A stretch of DNA of 64,000 bases from Octopus vulgaris (Eukaryota). Position 1 is the first letter of the stretch. The number at the start of each line of letters is the position of its first letter. Position numbers and translations under genes: made by a program. The stretch lies in contig OX597815.1 in the NCBI GenBank assembly GCA_951406725.2, positions 137,330,001-137,394,000 of the forward strand. The letters run 5' to 3'. Below are positions 17,451 through 29,742 of this stretch, piece by piece. The notes under the pieces are model-generated. The model was not told where the DNA came from, ran no database searches, and worked only from the letters and a program-made list of their open reading frames with translations.

Positions 17451-17822
17451 AGATATTTTGAACGATAGCGGTAAAGACAACAACAACACTCGCATACAGA
17501 CAAATATTTTAGGTAACAGATATAGTAGTCGTTTTAAAGGAGCCAGTTTTACTTCATTTATTACACAGAATAGAGATTTTAGGTTCGATATATTTCCCAG
17601 GAAAAAGTATTTGACTTGGAGCATTTCATAAACCCAAACGTCTCGTTGCTCCAACAGATAATCCAAGAAAGAAAACAGAGAAATGTAATATACCTGTGCA
17701 TTAAGAATGGTAGAGAGAGTTTTCTTTCTCACCTTCTGGAAACAGTACTTCACAAAATTCCATCGACTGAGCAGAACAAGTCTTATGGGATTTTCAGAAC
17801 AGAAAACATAGACTGAAATAGA

Positions 17823-18000
17823 CAGGCACAGGCGTAGCTGTGTGCTAAGAAGTTTGCTTCCCAACCATATGATTCCGAGTTCAGTCTCATTGTGTGGCAC
17901 CTTGGGCAAGTGTCTTCTACTATAGTCTCAGGCCGATCAAAGCCTTGTGATAGGATCTGGTACACGAAAACCGAAAGAAGCCCGTCGTGTATATGCGTGC

Positions 18001-18054
<54 letters not shown>

Positions 18055-18268
18055 ATGTGTCTGTCTGTCTGTCTGTCTGTCTTTGTGTCTGTGTTCGTCC
18101 TCCATCACCGCTTGACAATCCGTGTTTACGTTCTCGTAACGTAGCGGTTCGGCAAATTGAGAACGGTAGAATAAGTACTAAACCTTTAAAAAATGTCCAG
18201 GGATCGATTTGTTCGACTAAAACCCTTCAAGGTAGTGCTCCAAATGACTGAACCAAGTAAAAGAATAA
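17823..18268 (+). mobile_element. Second, more diverged copy of the CORE-like SINE
   Basis: Same domain order as 17047-17450. Confidence 0.8.
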
Positions 18269-18393
18269 GAACAAAACCCATACACTTATACGCCAGTATT
18301 TGAGGGAGAGAAATACAAAGGTCATGACAATTACGTCGGTGAAGATGGTCATCTGTGGCTGTTCATCGTGTTTGCATTACAGTATGGACAGGT

Positions 18394-18476
18394 GCTAAGT
18401 GCAAAGGTGATGATAGGTAGCATAAGTGTTCGGTTTGGAAGCGGGCTGAGTGGACTTGCGAGTCCTAATGACACTC
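18394..18476 (+). ncRNA. Degenerate HDV-like ribozyme at the 5' end of a Dong-like LINE
   Basis: P1 gcuaagu/gcugagu (G-U at +1, one mismatch), P2 agugu/acacu, P3 ucg/cgg, GG, P4 acu(ugcg)agu, J4/2 CUAA. Confidence 0.35.
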
Positions 18477-18619
18477 AATCACAAGGCTATAAATGAAGCT
18501 GTGCTCTGTTGGTGGCACAGAAACAAAGATATGAGGCATTTGTTGCAACGCAGAAAATCTAATTGTTACACATGAGGTAGTAAAAGTAATTTTAGAAACT
18601 TACGTTCCGATGAAATAGT

Positions 18620-19120
18620 AAAAAAAGTTAAAGTTTTCCTTCTCGTGTCATACCTATTTCTTTACTACCCACACAGAGAGGACAAACAAGGACAGACAAA
18701 GGGATTAAGTCGATTACATCGATCCCAGTGTGTAACTGGTACTTTATTTATCGACCCCGAAATGATGAAAGGCAAAGTCGACCTCGGCGGAATTTGAACT
18801 CAGAACGTAGCGGCAGACGAAATACCACTAAGCATTTTGCCCAGCGTGCTAACGATTCTGCCAACACGCTGCCTTTTTAATAAGGTTACAAAAGCTTCAA
18901 TTCAATTCATAAAGGCCAGTTTCCTGGCTTATATATCCCCCACCTGTACGGCATGTCGGTGCATTACAGGATTACTCGTTCTTGCCAACTGAGTGGACTG
19001 GAGCAACGTGAAATGAAGTGTTTCGCTCAAGAACACAACGCGTCGCCAGGTCCAGGAATACGAAACCACAATCTTACGATCATGAGTCCAACACGCTAAC
19101 CACTTAGCCACGTACCTCCT
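18620..19120 (-). mobile_element. tRNA-derived SINE (third family) with another SINE (18653-18876) nested in its tail
   Basis: Head TGGCTAAGTGGTTAGCGTGTTGGACTC and 'cttcatttcacgttgctccagtccactcag'. Imperfect TSD tccgatgaaat/tctgatgaaat. Confidence 0.75.
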
Positions 19121-19598
19121 CTGATGAAATGGAAAGACTAAAAACTGATGAATAGAAAAAAACAGCTGGGTTCAGCTGAGGCAGCAATGCGATCACAAGG
19201 GCTCAATTTTCAGAGTACTATCAGTCACATCTCTGGAAATAGTGATGCGATAACCTCGTGCCTGTTTCTGGAAACAAGTGAGAAGGCATTCCGGCAACTG
19301 ATTTTAGCAACGAGCAGTGCCATTCCATTATCTTGTGATGAAGAAGAGATTGTGATTTCTGGACGAAAAAGAGAAAGAAATCTGAAAAATAAAAGTAGTG
19401 GCGACCCCCAACAGAGAATGGGTGAGGAGTACACTCCTCGAAAAACAACAATAATGACTCTCTGCAGAACAATAATGAAGACCAAACCAAAATCACATAT
19501 TTGTGATGCAAGGATTAATGTAAGGGATGTATTGACTACTGAGACGCAGTTGACGCTGCAATACAGGAGACAATCAAAGAGCAAGGTTTTGATACCAA

Positions 19599-19678
<80 letters not shown>

Positions 19679-19712
19679 GTAGTAGTAGTAGTAGTAGTAG
19701 TAGTAATAATAA

Positions 19713-19759
<47 letters not shown>

Positions 19760-20394
19760 TCAATGAAAAGAAGAAGAAAGTATTACAATGAATTGAAGCT
19801 TTTGTAACCTTAACAAGTGGGTTGTTATCTACCGAACCACTCTAAAAAAATGTTAACGGGTTCTTTAGGATGCGTGGGGATGAAACAAATGCAAAAGTGA
19901 GAGAGTAGAAACATAAACTAGTCTAAACCGATATAGAGATCTCACCTGTGTGTGGGCGAGAATCATACGAGTTTTTCATCTTTTGTATATCTTTATGTTG
20001 TATGCGTATGATAAAGCGCAATAATTAAACCTAGACGTTGTTTAAACTATATCTTGTTTCTAATTCTTAGGTTTTATTATACTTTTTTTATATTTGTGTT
20101 AATTACTAATGATTTTTATACATGATTAAATTCTTCCTAATTTAATTATATAATGTCATTCATCCCATCGTTTTAGCTTGATATTTTTCATCCATGCGGC
20201 ATCTTTGTAAACCCCTTGTTCAACGTACATCGTATTTTGTCGGTTCTCTTCGACCCTTTGTGGTTAATGATAATAATACTCCTTTCTACAATAGACACAA
20301 CGTCTGATATTTGGGGGGATGGGGCTAGTCGATTACATCGATCCCAGTGCGTAACTAGTACTTATTTCATCGACCCCGAAAAGATAAAACTACT

Positions 20395-22205
20395 GGGATA
20401 CATTTTACACTTTCTATAGTCTCTGTAATTCAATAGCTAGTTCCTGGTACTTTACTATTTTTTCTATATTTCTTATATTAATTTTTTTCATCATTTGGGA
20501 CTGGAAAGTCAATTATCTAGTACTTTCTATTCCCTTTATCTACTACTACCAAATCAGGCCTTCTATCTTCTATTACTCTATCAGCCTGAAGGTTCCACAA
20601 CATCTTGTATTTCTTACTTTTTAGTACTTACTAGGTTCATGTTCATACCATTTATCAGTATGTTCAAATCCTAGCTTTTTACACAGCTCCATGTGGGTCG
20701 CTCTCCCTAGATTGTCATGTCTTTTCTTGTATTCTTTCTGTGCCAGCATGCTACGTTCACTTACTATATGAGTAACTCTTTCCTCTTGATTTGCTTAATC
20801 TACATAGGGATTCTACTTGTTTTTTTGCTTTTTTTTTTCAATCTTGACTTTTATCCAGTTAGTCTTTAATGCTTGATCTTGCGCAGCTACTAACAAACTT
20901 TCTATCTCTCTCTTCAGCCTTCCTTTCTGCAGACATAACCATATCTCACTATTACTATTTGCTGCGACTGTCACGGAGGATCTACCATGCAACGCTTTCA
21001 CCTGCCAGCCAGATAATTTCTATTCTTTTTTTGGGGGGGTTTTAAGTTCGTTTGGTACTCTGGTTTCCCTATGTCTTGCTGTGACTCTAGCAACTTTTAA
21101 TAAACTTTCTTCACTGTTGCCTGCATAGGCGTCTACATCTACTCTAGCTAACTCAACGCAGTCTTCTACGTCATTTAACCCTCTTCCAACGTCCTTTCTA
21201 AGCAGGCATAATCTTGCTACTCCTGCCCTTGGGTGGAGCCCTCCGTTCATTTTAAATTCCTTCCTTGTTCTGTCTTGCTTTGCTAATTCAGTTCTTGTGC
21301 AATCTACAAAAGATGCTGAGTATCTAAGTAATAATACTGCCCAAGTAATTATAGCCTTCACTAGATTCGAACCATTTAGCTTTCACTTCATTAGCTTCCT
21401 CACTGTTTTGATGTACTCCTCAATTTTCGTTTTCATTTCTCTAGTTACTACTGTGAGATTCTAATATTCCAAGATACTTGTAACTCTCTCCTCTTTTCAA
21501 TGATTTTAATGCCTTGTCATCTAGTAATTGAATGCCTTCGCTGTTGTCTACCTATCCCCTTCTCGTGACTAATATTGATCACTTATCTATGCTAAGTTCC
21601 ATGCTAGCATCTTTGCTGAAGAGTCTTACAGTCTGTATTAAAGAATCTATCTCTTTTCATTCTTACTAAATTGCTTCAGATCATCCATGTAAAGCAAATT
21701 ATTTATTTTTTCCATTACTATTTCTGAACTGATACTCTGCCTTTGCCTTCCTTAATACTAAACTGAGGGGGATCAAATATAAGACAAATATTAAAGGAGA
21801 TATCAAGTCGCCCTGGAAAATTCCTCTTTTGATATTAAGTTTCCCTAAGAGTGTGTTACCTCTGTAGAGATCTACTTTCAATTTTTCATGCTAAGGCTAA
21901 TAAATTCGTTAGTATCAGTTGTCCTTTCCTTATTGGTAACACTATTATTTTTCTTTTGGGTTCTTCTTTGGTTTGAGTTGTATCTCTTATGTTGTTTGTC
22001 TTTCCTAGTGCCTGGTCTTTCTTTTCCAGTTCTCTTGTGACCTCTTCTACCTCCAATTCTGTCGTCCACTTTCTTCTCCTAATAGCATTAGCGTGATCGA
22101 CTAATCTTTACTGGTCCACTGCTGAGCGAGTGGCTTTCCCTTAAAGGTCCAGTTTCATTTGTGCAGTTACAAGCATAGTTCATAATCTGAGGTAAGGTAA
22201 CGTTC
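20395..22205 (-). pseudogene. Decayed R4/Dong-clade LINE (RT, CCHC, RLE fragments)
   Basis: RGIFQGDLISPLIFVL, LLYMDDLKQF, GGLHPRAGVARL..RKDVGRGL, LLVAAQDQAL. Many frameshifts and stops. Confidence 0.85.
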
Positions 22206-22221
22206 ATCATCATCATCATCA

Positions 22222-22282
<61 letters not shown>

Positions 22283-22354
22283 CATCATCATCATTATTAA
22301 TATTATCATTATTATTATTATTATTATCATCATTATTACTATTATTATTATTAT

Positions 22355-22815
22355 GTCGCGTCACAGCTCCACCCTACAACTTAAAGAGGTAACATTTTTC
22401 TCAACGAATGTGCTGCTCCAAGTATTGCTGCCAACGGAGGACTTTCTATGAAGTTTAGTATTTGCAGCTCTCGGCGCTAGAGTATTGCTTTCTTTGAGAT
22501 GGTTCCGAGTGTACCGATGACAATAGGTACCACAATTACTTTTGAAGCTCTACAAATGCATTTCAATTTTAATGGTAGTTCCCGAGTCTCTCGTCCTCTG
22601 TCTTCACAATATTCTGGTCTATACGTAGAGCTATGCGGAAAAAGGTCCATTCTTTGGCCTAAATTCGTAGGAGAGTGATATCTGGTCGGTTATGTTGCAG
22701 ATTATTATCTGTGTAGCTTGGCATATCCCATGACAGTTTCACCTGATCATTCTTTGCTATTGGCAAAGGTTGCTGATCATACCACTTGTTGGAACATTCT
22801 AGCGCATGTTCCTTG
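22355..22815 (-). pseudogene. 3' RLE fragment of a Dong-like LINE with (AAT)n tail
   Basis: KWYDQQP..NDQVKLSWDMP..TDNNLQHNRPDI on the minus strand. Confidence 0.75.
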
Positions 22816-24677
22816 TATGGTGGTGGTGTTAGTGTTGATGGGGGGGTTGTAACCGAAATGATGGTGTTGGTGCTGGTGGTGTGGTGGTCGTCGTCGTCGT
22901 GGTGATCGTCGTCGTGGTGATGGTAGAGTGCTGGTACTGGTGCTGGTGCTGGCTTTTATTAACTGTGTTAATATTAGTATTAGTGTTGTTACTGGAGAGA
23001 AACATGTTTATGTGGAGATGCTAGAGGCGGTACAAACATATGCAAAAAGAAAGAAAACGAAAATAAAAAATTTATAATGATCATCATCATCATCATCATC
23101 ATCATCGTTATCGTCATTATGCCATCTTAAGTCATTTTTTTTTTAGAGTTAAAGGTGGAAGTCAGGTGTTCTTTGATGTTGTTATGGGATAATACGATGA
23201 AAATAAAATTTATGAATTAATAGGATTGCATATCTTACACTTATTTCGGAAGATATGCCCCTCTGTATTTTTCGTTCTATCTCATGAATAGACCGAACTT
23301 TGTGCAAATAGAAAAGAGTCTAATCATTATTGCGAAGTATGAAAGGCAACACAATGGATTTCCTAAGAAACGAATTGTCAGAGTTATACTTAAAAATCAC
23401 AGTTGATACGAATGTAAGTTGAATTAATTTCTTAGGCATAAATTTAAATTTAGGTACTGATAAATGTATTCTTTATAGTAAAACCTAATGAGAAACTACA
23501 GTGTATTAATGTAAATACCAAACAACCTCCGGTAATGTTAGTTAATGACATTCGTAAGTACATATCCAGCTTGTCCTCCGGCAAAGAACTCTTTAACAAT
23601 ACTATGGTTTGAAAGGTAGAATACATTAGATATATAACAACAGTAATATTCATTATTGCAAATGTAGGAAATGAAAGATTATATTGTAAAGTCTTCCCTA
23701 AAGTTTAATGTTCATTCTGATATTGTCAGGCTTTTTCTATACCTTATAAATAAATATTGCCTCATAGGATATAGATGTCATACGACCATTATTAAATATT
23801 GCATTCAGATTAGCTACAGTTGAACCAAAACTTCACAACATCAAAAGTTAGTATAAAGAAAAAAATATTTCTTACACAAACACGCAAACCGTTTCTTTAT
23901 TATGTAATTCAAAAACATTTATGTCTGCCCTCTCAGTGATATATGTCCCCATTCCAGATGACAGTCAAATACAAAGTTATGCGTGTCTCATAGAAAAGCT
24001 ATTCTAAATAAAATATTCTCGAAATAATATACGTACATTCAGACACTAAATTTTCACTATCTAAAGAAATCCAAAGTTTAATGAATGATAATATTAACCG
24101 TTATGGATCGATTGATTTGTTATAAAATGTACGTCTTACCGTAATAAAGGTTCCAGAAGATGCAATGTGTCTCTCTCGTGAAAATGTAACATTCTGTGAT
24201 AATTTTTTTCAAATTATCAGCAAAAGATCCGAATTGGTGTATTTTTGTAGTCAATTCCATTACTATTGTATACATGCACACAGACATGTTCATATTTATA
24301 TACACCCATTTATATATATACATTATTTATTCTAAGTGTCTCTTAAAGGCTTACTACTGTTGCATTCAGGGGAAATCACCACAATGATGATTTCCCTATG
24401 AATGTCAAGGAAGAGTACTGTAAGTGATCCTTATTCAATAAATTAATATGCCCTCTACTTCAGAGTGACTTATTTTAACTGTGATTTCCTCTGTTTCGAA
24501 TGGATATCGGAGTACTTTTATATGCGTATATGCATATTTGTATGAGCACACACTCACGTACACACACATATAAAACATACAGGGCATATAGATCTATGTA
24601 TGTAGGTAGATAGGTATATGTGTATGTATGTATGTACACACACACACACAGACACACACATATATATATATATATAA

Positions 24678-24708
<31 letters not shown>

Positions 24709-24709
24709 C

Positions 24710-24753
<44 letters not shown>

Positions 24754-24761
24754 ATATATAA

Positions 24762-25256
24762 ATTATTAAGGTGACTATTCGCAATTTACAACCGAAAGGC
24801 AATAAGTATAGTCGTCACTAAAGTGATAGAGGGTGCTAGCCAGCACCAACATTGCTAGAAATAAGAGTCAAAACAACTTTTAACCACGTGAGAGCACTTC
24901 TCTAACGACTGACAAGGGAGACAAGCTCCCTCCCTACGGCAAGCGAGATGCAGTCATATCAGCACTGATTTCAGATTTGATTAATCTTTATCAGTGACCC
25001 ATTACTCCGTCGCCGAGGGTTAAGTAACTTAACTCACCCTGTCAGTCTTATACAGAAGACCAAATGAAACATTGACTGATTCAGAAAGTAGTTAATTGAG
25101 AATTAGAGATTATTAAAGTGCCTATTCGCAATTTACAACCGAAAGGCAACAAGTGTAAGATGCCTTCATGGCTGAGGCTCCGATGAAGCTATAAGGTGTT
25201 TCTCAGGCATTCATCCATGAGACCACCACATCCCACAGCGGAAACATTTGTAAGCT
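24762..25256 (+). mobile_element. Penelope-like terminal-repeat remnant: 46-bp direct repeats followed by a hammerhead
   Basis: 24762-24807 vs 25109-25154 (3 mismatches); hammerhead at 25176-25256. Confidence 0.45.
25176..25256 (+). ncRNA. Type-I hammerhead-like ribozyme with CCGAUGA core and extended stem II
   Basis: ggcu CCGAUGA a gcu..ucuca..ugaga..agc g GAAA ca(uu)ug UA agcu. Confidence 0.5.
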
Positions 25257-25262
25257 AATGAC

Positions 25263-25720
25263 GTTCATAAGATAATTGTTTATTCCTTCGTCATTTATTT
25301 TTCAGATAACCGCTCTGTACTCGACTAACGTTTCGTTCAAAAGAATTACGTATGTTAAGTTCGACACCAGGTTGTTAGTCTTGTAATGGCAACAAAGTAT
25401 GTCCTTTGATTAGTTTTAATCCTTCAGCTATTTAATGCTTGGGGGGGGTGCAATCGCCTGGATTATTGATTCTGTTATTATCATTTTTAAATAGTTACAC
25501 CAGATAATAACAGAGTCAATGGTATCTTCGCAAATTATTTTTTCGAGAATTATTTGCTCCGTGTTGAAATTATATATATAATCCTTTGATTACGCATTAC
25601 AAGACTAACAACCTGGTATAGAATTCAAGATACGTGGTTCTTTTGAACGAAACGCTAGTCGAGTACAGAGCAATAATAAGAAAAATAGATGACAAAGGAA
25701 TAAACGCTTATCTTATGAGC
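25263..25720. mobile_element. Foldback/MITE-like element with ~135-bp inverted arms and an internal hairpin
   Basis: gctctgtactcgactaacgtttcgttcaaaagaa..ccaggttgttagtcttgtaatg is inverted at ~25595-25671. An 18-bp IR lies at 25465-25482/25503-25520. Confidence 0.8.
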
Positions 25721-25799
25721 TTTTGCTCGAATAATAAAGAAAAACTGTGAATCACGCATGTACTTCTGTAAAAAAAAAACTACAGCTTATAATGATAGC

Positions 25800-28175
25800 C
25801 AGTGATTCCCAAGGTGGGGCGTTCGCCCCACTGGTGAGGCCTGAGAAAATTCAGGTGGGGGGCGGGGCATAGACGTGGGCTGTGAAAATATTTGTACATG
25901 ACGAGCGGTCATCGTGGGCACAACCTTAGATTCCGTCTTTCCTTTGAAGCCTCCACATCGGAAACTCTCGCACCCCAGCGAGACAAAGAAGATCCCGCAC
26001 TGAGCAATAAACTTACTATTCAGATAAGCCAATCAATTGCCTCAATTAGTTTGCCTCAATTAGTCTTTTGTTAGCCCTATTGAAAATGAGCAAACCAAAC
26101 AAGAAGAAGACTCGTCAATACGCGGTGGAGTTTTTGAAGTTTGGATTCATTCCTGATGAGCATGATGAGCGTAAACCGTTTTGCTTATTATGTAATCAGA
26201 CGATGAGCAATGAGTCAATGAAGGCAGGTAGGCTGGAAGCGCACTTAAAGGTAAGACATCCTAATAATTCTAATTTAGATTTGGAATACTTCAAATCATT
26301 GAAAGAAAAATTTAAAAACCGAACAAAACTCACTTCACTATTTCATGCAAAACAAGCGCCTCATACTCGTGCTCTTGAAGCCAGCTACGAAATCTCCTTG
26401 CTTATAGCAAAACATGGAAAGAATCACACTATTGGAGAGCAACTGATTAAACCTGCTATCTCAATATTCTTAAAAACTGTATTACAAAAAGATGATGGAG
26501 ATATCAGGACTATGCCACTCAGTAATAACACTGTCTCGAACAGAATAGATGAAATGGGGCAAGATGTTGAAAGCCAGCTCATTGAGAAATTAAATTTGCG
26601 TAAGTTTTCATTACAAATGGACGAATCCACAATCCGGGACAGTGAGGCTCTGTTATTGACTTATGTGAGGTATATTGACCACGAGGAGTTTCAGGAAGAG
26701 ATGCTGTTCTGCGAATCGTTTGAAACCACCACAACTGCAAATGATATTTACATCAAAATCAAACATTATTTGGATGCAAACAAAATACCAAAGGAAAACT
26801 TACTGGCATGTGCGGCAGACGGTGCACCTGCCATGATGAGCAAGAATACGGGATGCTTAAAAATGATGAAGGATGAAAATCCAAACATGTTGACTGTCCA
26901 TTGTGTAATACACCGAGAAAACTTGGTTGCCAAGAAATTGTCCCCTGTTCTTAACAAGATTCTTCAAAGTGTGATCAAGTGTGTCAACAGCATTAAAAGA
27001 AATTCTAAATCTGAACGTCTTTTTAAGCAGTTTTGTATAAATCAAAGTGCCGAACATGTTCGATTATTGCTTCATACAGAAGTAAGATGGCTATCAAGTG
27101 GAAACTGCTTAAAGAGGTTCATGGAATTATTTGATCAGATTAACGACTTTCTTAGTGATAAATGTGAAATGAAATTGCTGTCAACAACGGATGGAAAAGC
27201 ATTTGTCAGTTATTTGACAGACATATTTGAGAAACTTGGAAACTTGAATAAACAACTTCAAGGTGCAAACATGACACTTATTGATGCAAAAGCAAAGATT
27301 TTTGGATTTATTACAGCTCTCGAATTATGGAAAAAGAAATTTTCCAAAAGAAATTTCAGTGAACTTTACTGGTTGAGTAAATGTGAAATAACGAATGATG
27401 CTGGCATTGTAATTATTGATCATTTAAATATCTTGATAAAGGATTTCAATGACAGATTTTGCGATTTAAAGGCAATGAATTTTCTTTCTTGGTTAACTCA
27501 ACCGCTTCTGATTAACGTTTCTGATGCTACAATCCAATACCAAGAAGAGTTATCAGAATTACAACATGATGAATCAGTGAAGACTTTGTTTAAATTGAAA
27601 GGTACAAAGATGTGGCTATATGACGAGGTTGAAAGAAAATATCCTAAAATTTCTACATCAGCGAGAGAGCTACTGATTCCTTTCCCTTCGTCTTATTTGG
27701 TCGAATGTGGTTTTAGTGCAGTTGATAATTTGCTCGAAGCCAAGAGAAACCGGCTTGAGATTACAAAACGTGGCGATTTACGACTGAAATTAACAAAGTT
27801 GTCTCCTCAAATTAAAAACTTGTGCTGTATGCATCAGGCACAGGGTTCTCACTAAATTAGTCGAGCTGACCGTCAAATAATTGAACTGAAAAAACGTGTT
27901 TCTTTATTCTTTATAAATTGACATTTTTTAAAAACATGAGAAATCGTAATAATTTTATCGATTTATTGGGTGTTATGCACTTTCAGTGCCTGTTGTTTCA
28001 ATTCTCAAACTATTTTTTTGTATTTTGAATACAATTTTTTAATTTTTGATTTTTTTTTCAATTGTAAGTAGGCCCACATGTACTTGTAAATGTGAGTGGA
28101 CATGGGAAAAGGTGGGGCGTAAAAACTTTTGCTATGAAAAAGTGGGGCGCCGGGAAAAAAGGTTGGGAAACACTG
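25800..28175 (+). mobile_element. Complete autonomous hAT DNA transposon, Buster/Charlie type (2376 bp)
   Basis: TIRs CAGTGATTCCCAA / TTGGGAAACACTG. Perfect TSD ATGATAGC at 25792-25799 and 28176-28183. Subterminal TGGGGCG motifs. Confidence 0.95.
26086..27855 (+). CDS. Intact hAT (Buster/Charlie; ZBED8/SCAND3-like) transposase, 589 aa from first ATG
   Basis: BED finger CLLC..HLKVRH; catalytic D (QMDEST), D (ADGAPAM), CxxH (CVIH), RW (EVRWLS), E (SSYLVECGFS); C-terminal dimerisation region. No stops. Confidence 0.95.
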   Translation: MSKPNKKKTRQYAVEFLKFGFIPDEHDERKPFCLLCNQTMSNESMKAGRLEAHLKVRHPNNSNLDLEYFKSLKEKFKNRTKLTSLFHAKQAPHTRALEASYEISLLIAKHGKNHTIGEQLIKPAISIFLKTVLQKDDGDIRTMPLSNNTVSNRIDEMGQDVESQLIEKLNLRKFSLQMDESTIRDSEALLLTYVRYIDHEEFQEEMLFCESFETTTTANDIYIKIKHYLDANKIPKENLLACAADGAPAMMSKNTGCLKMMKDENPNMLTVHCVIHRENLVAKKLSPVLNKILQSVIKCVNSIKRNSKSERLFKQFCINQSAEHVRLLLHTEVRWLSSGNCLKRFMELFDQINDFLSDKCEMKLLSTTDGKAFVSYLTDIFEKLGNLNKQLQGANMTLIDAKAKIFGFITALELWKKKFSKRNFSELYWLSKCEITNDAGIVIIDHLNILIKDFNDRFCDLKAMNFLSWLTQPLLINVSDATIQYQEELSELQHDESVKTLFKLKGTKMWLYDEVERKYPKISTSARELLIPFPSSYLVECGFSAVDNLLEAKRNRLEITKRGDLRLKLTKLSPQIKNLCCMHQAQGSH

Positions 28176-28327
28176 ATGATAGCGAAATCTCTCTCCGTAA
28201 CATAATCTCTGGTTTGGTTGGAAACTCTCGCCCTCTCTCGCGCTCACCCTCTATGTGTGTGTGCGTGGGCGGGGTTTGAGTGTGTGTGTGTGCGTGCGCG
28301 AGTGTGTGTTTTTATGTATGTATGTAC

Positions 28328-28428
<101 letters not shown>

Positions 28429-28643
28429 CACTTCTCAACACGGACACTGAAGATATTAAGTTACCATTTTCCAAGACAAGCTTTATTCTGTTAAAAGAAG
28501 TCTATTACAAAAGGAAAAGAAAATCCACTTCAGTCCTCCATTGAATCATTTCAGAAAATATTTGAATGATTATACTCTTACTGCCATTTTAAAGGACCAA
28601 TTTGTCATGAATGAAGAAAGTTTAATAAAAATATGAAGAAAGT

Positions 28644-28730
<87 letters not shown>

Positions 28731-28739
28731 TTGATAATG

Positions 28740-28797
<58 letters not shown>

Positions 28798-29372
28798 GTT
28801 GGAACTTACATACATTGGAAGCTATGCCAACATTATGGAATAACAACAGAAAAAAGATGGTATAGGCACACACCAGAAAAGGTCACAGAAAACGAGAAAG
28901 CAACCATACTCTGGGATATGCCGATACACACAGATAGAGAAATTAAGGCCAACAGACCAGATATAGTTGTCAGAGACCATGAAGAAAAAAAGTGCTTTCT
29001 AATTGATGTATCAGTACCGGCAGATGACAACGTGTCTCTAAAAGAAATGGAGAAACTCTCAAAATACAAAGACCTGGAATAGAGGTAACTAGAATGTGGA
29101 ATCTGAAAACAGAAACAATTCCTATCATAGTAGGTGCATTAGGCATGATAAAAAATATTCAGACAAATACATAACAAAAACACCAGGACTTACAAACACA
29201 TATAACATACAGAAAATTGCACTACTAGGCACTGCACACATCCTACGCAGAACACTTTCCATACAATAACCATCAGAGCATCACAACAAATCACAGCACA
29301 TACCCAAGGCACACAGAGCTGCGCTCGGTAGTGAAGTGAAAGCACGCTATAAAAATAAAAATAAAACTACTG
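28798..29372 (+). pseudogene. 5'-truncated Dong-like LINE, RLE domain with frameshifts, inside (AAT)n
   Basis: ILWDMPIHTDREIKANRPDIVV..LIDVSVP..KLSKYKDLE..QKIALLGTAHILRRTLS. Confidence 0.9.
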
Positions 29373-29390
29373 AATAATAATAATAATAAT

Positions 29391-29572
<182 letters not shown>

Positions 29573-29601
29573 TAATAATAATAATAATGATAATAATAAT
29601 A

Positions 29602-29645
<44 letters not shown>

Positions 29646-29685
29646 AATAATAATAATAATGAAAATAATAATAATAATAATGATG

Positions 29686-29740
<55 letters not shown>

Positions 29741-29742
<2 letters not shown>

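Larger units (their letters stand above)
18390..19595 (+). pseudogene. Decayed 5' part of an R4/Dong-like LINE ORF, interrupted by nested SINEs
   Basis: FRQLILATSSAI..KRERNLKNK..DPQQRM weakly resembles Dong N-terminal blocks. Ends at a (CTA)n/(AAT)n tract. Confidence 0.35.

Noticed and set aside
22081-22170. HDV-like ribozyme at the 5' end of the minus-strand Dong
   Set aside because: Only partial P1/P4-like pairing; pseudoknot could not be closed.
26068-27855. Domesticated ZBED8/SCAND3-like host gene
   Set aside because: TIRs and a perfect TSD show a mobile copy, so no gene symbol is given. The TTG start at 26068 is not used.
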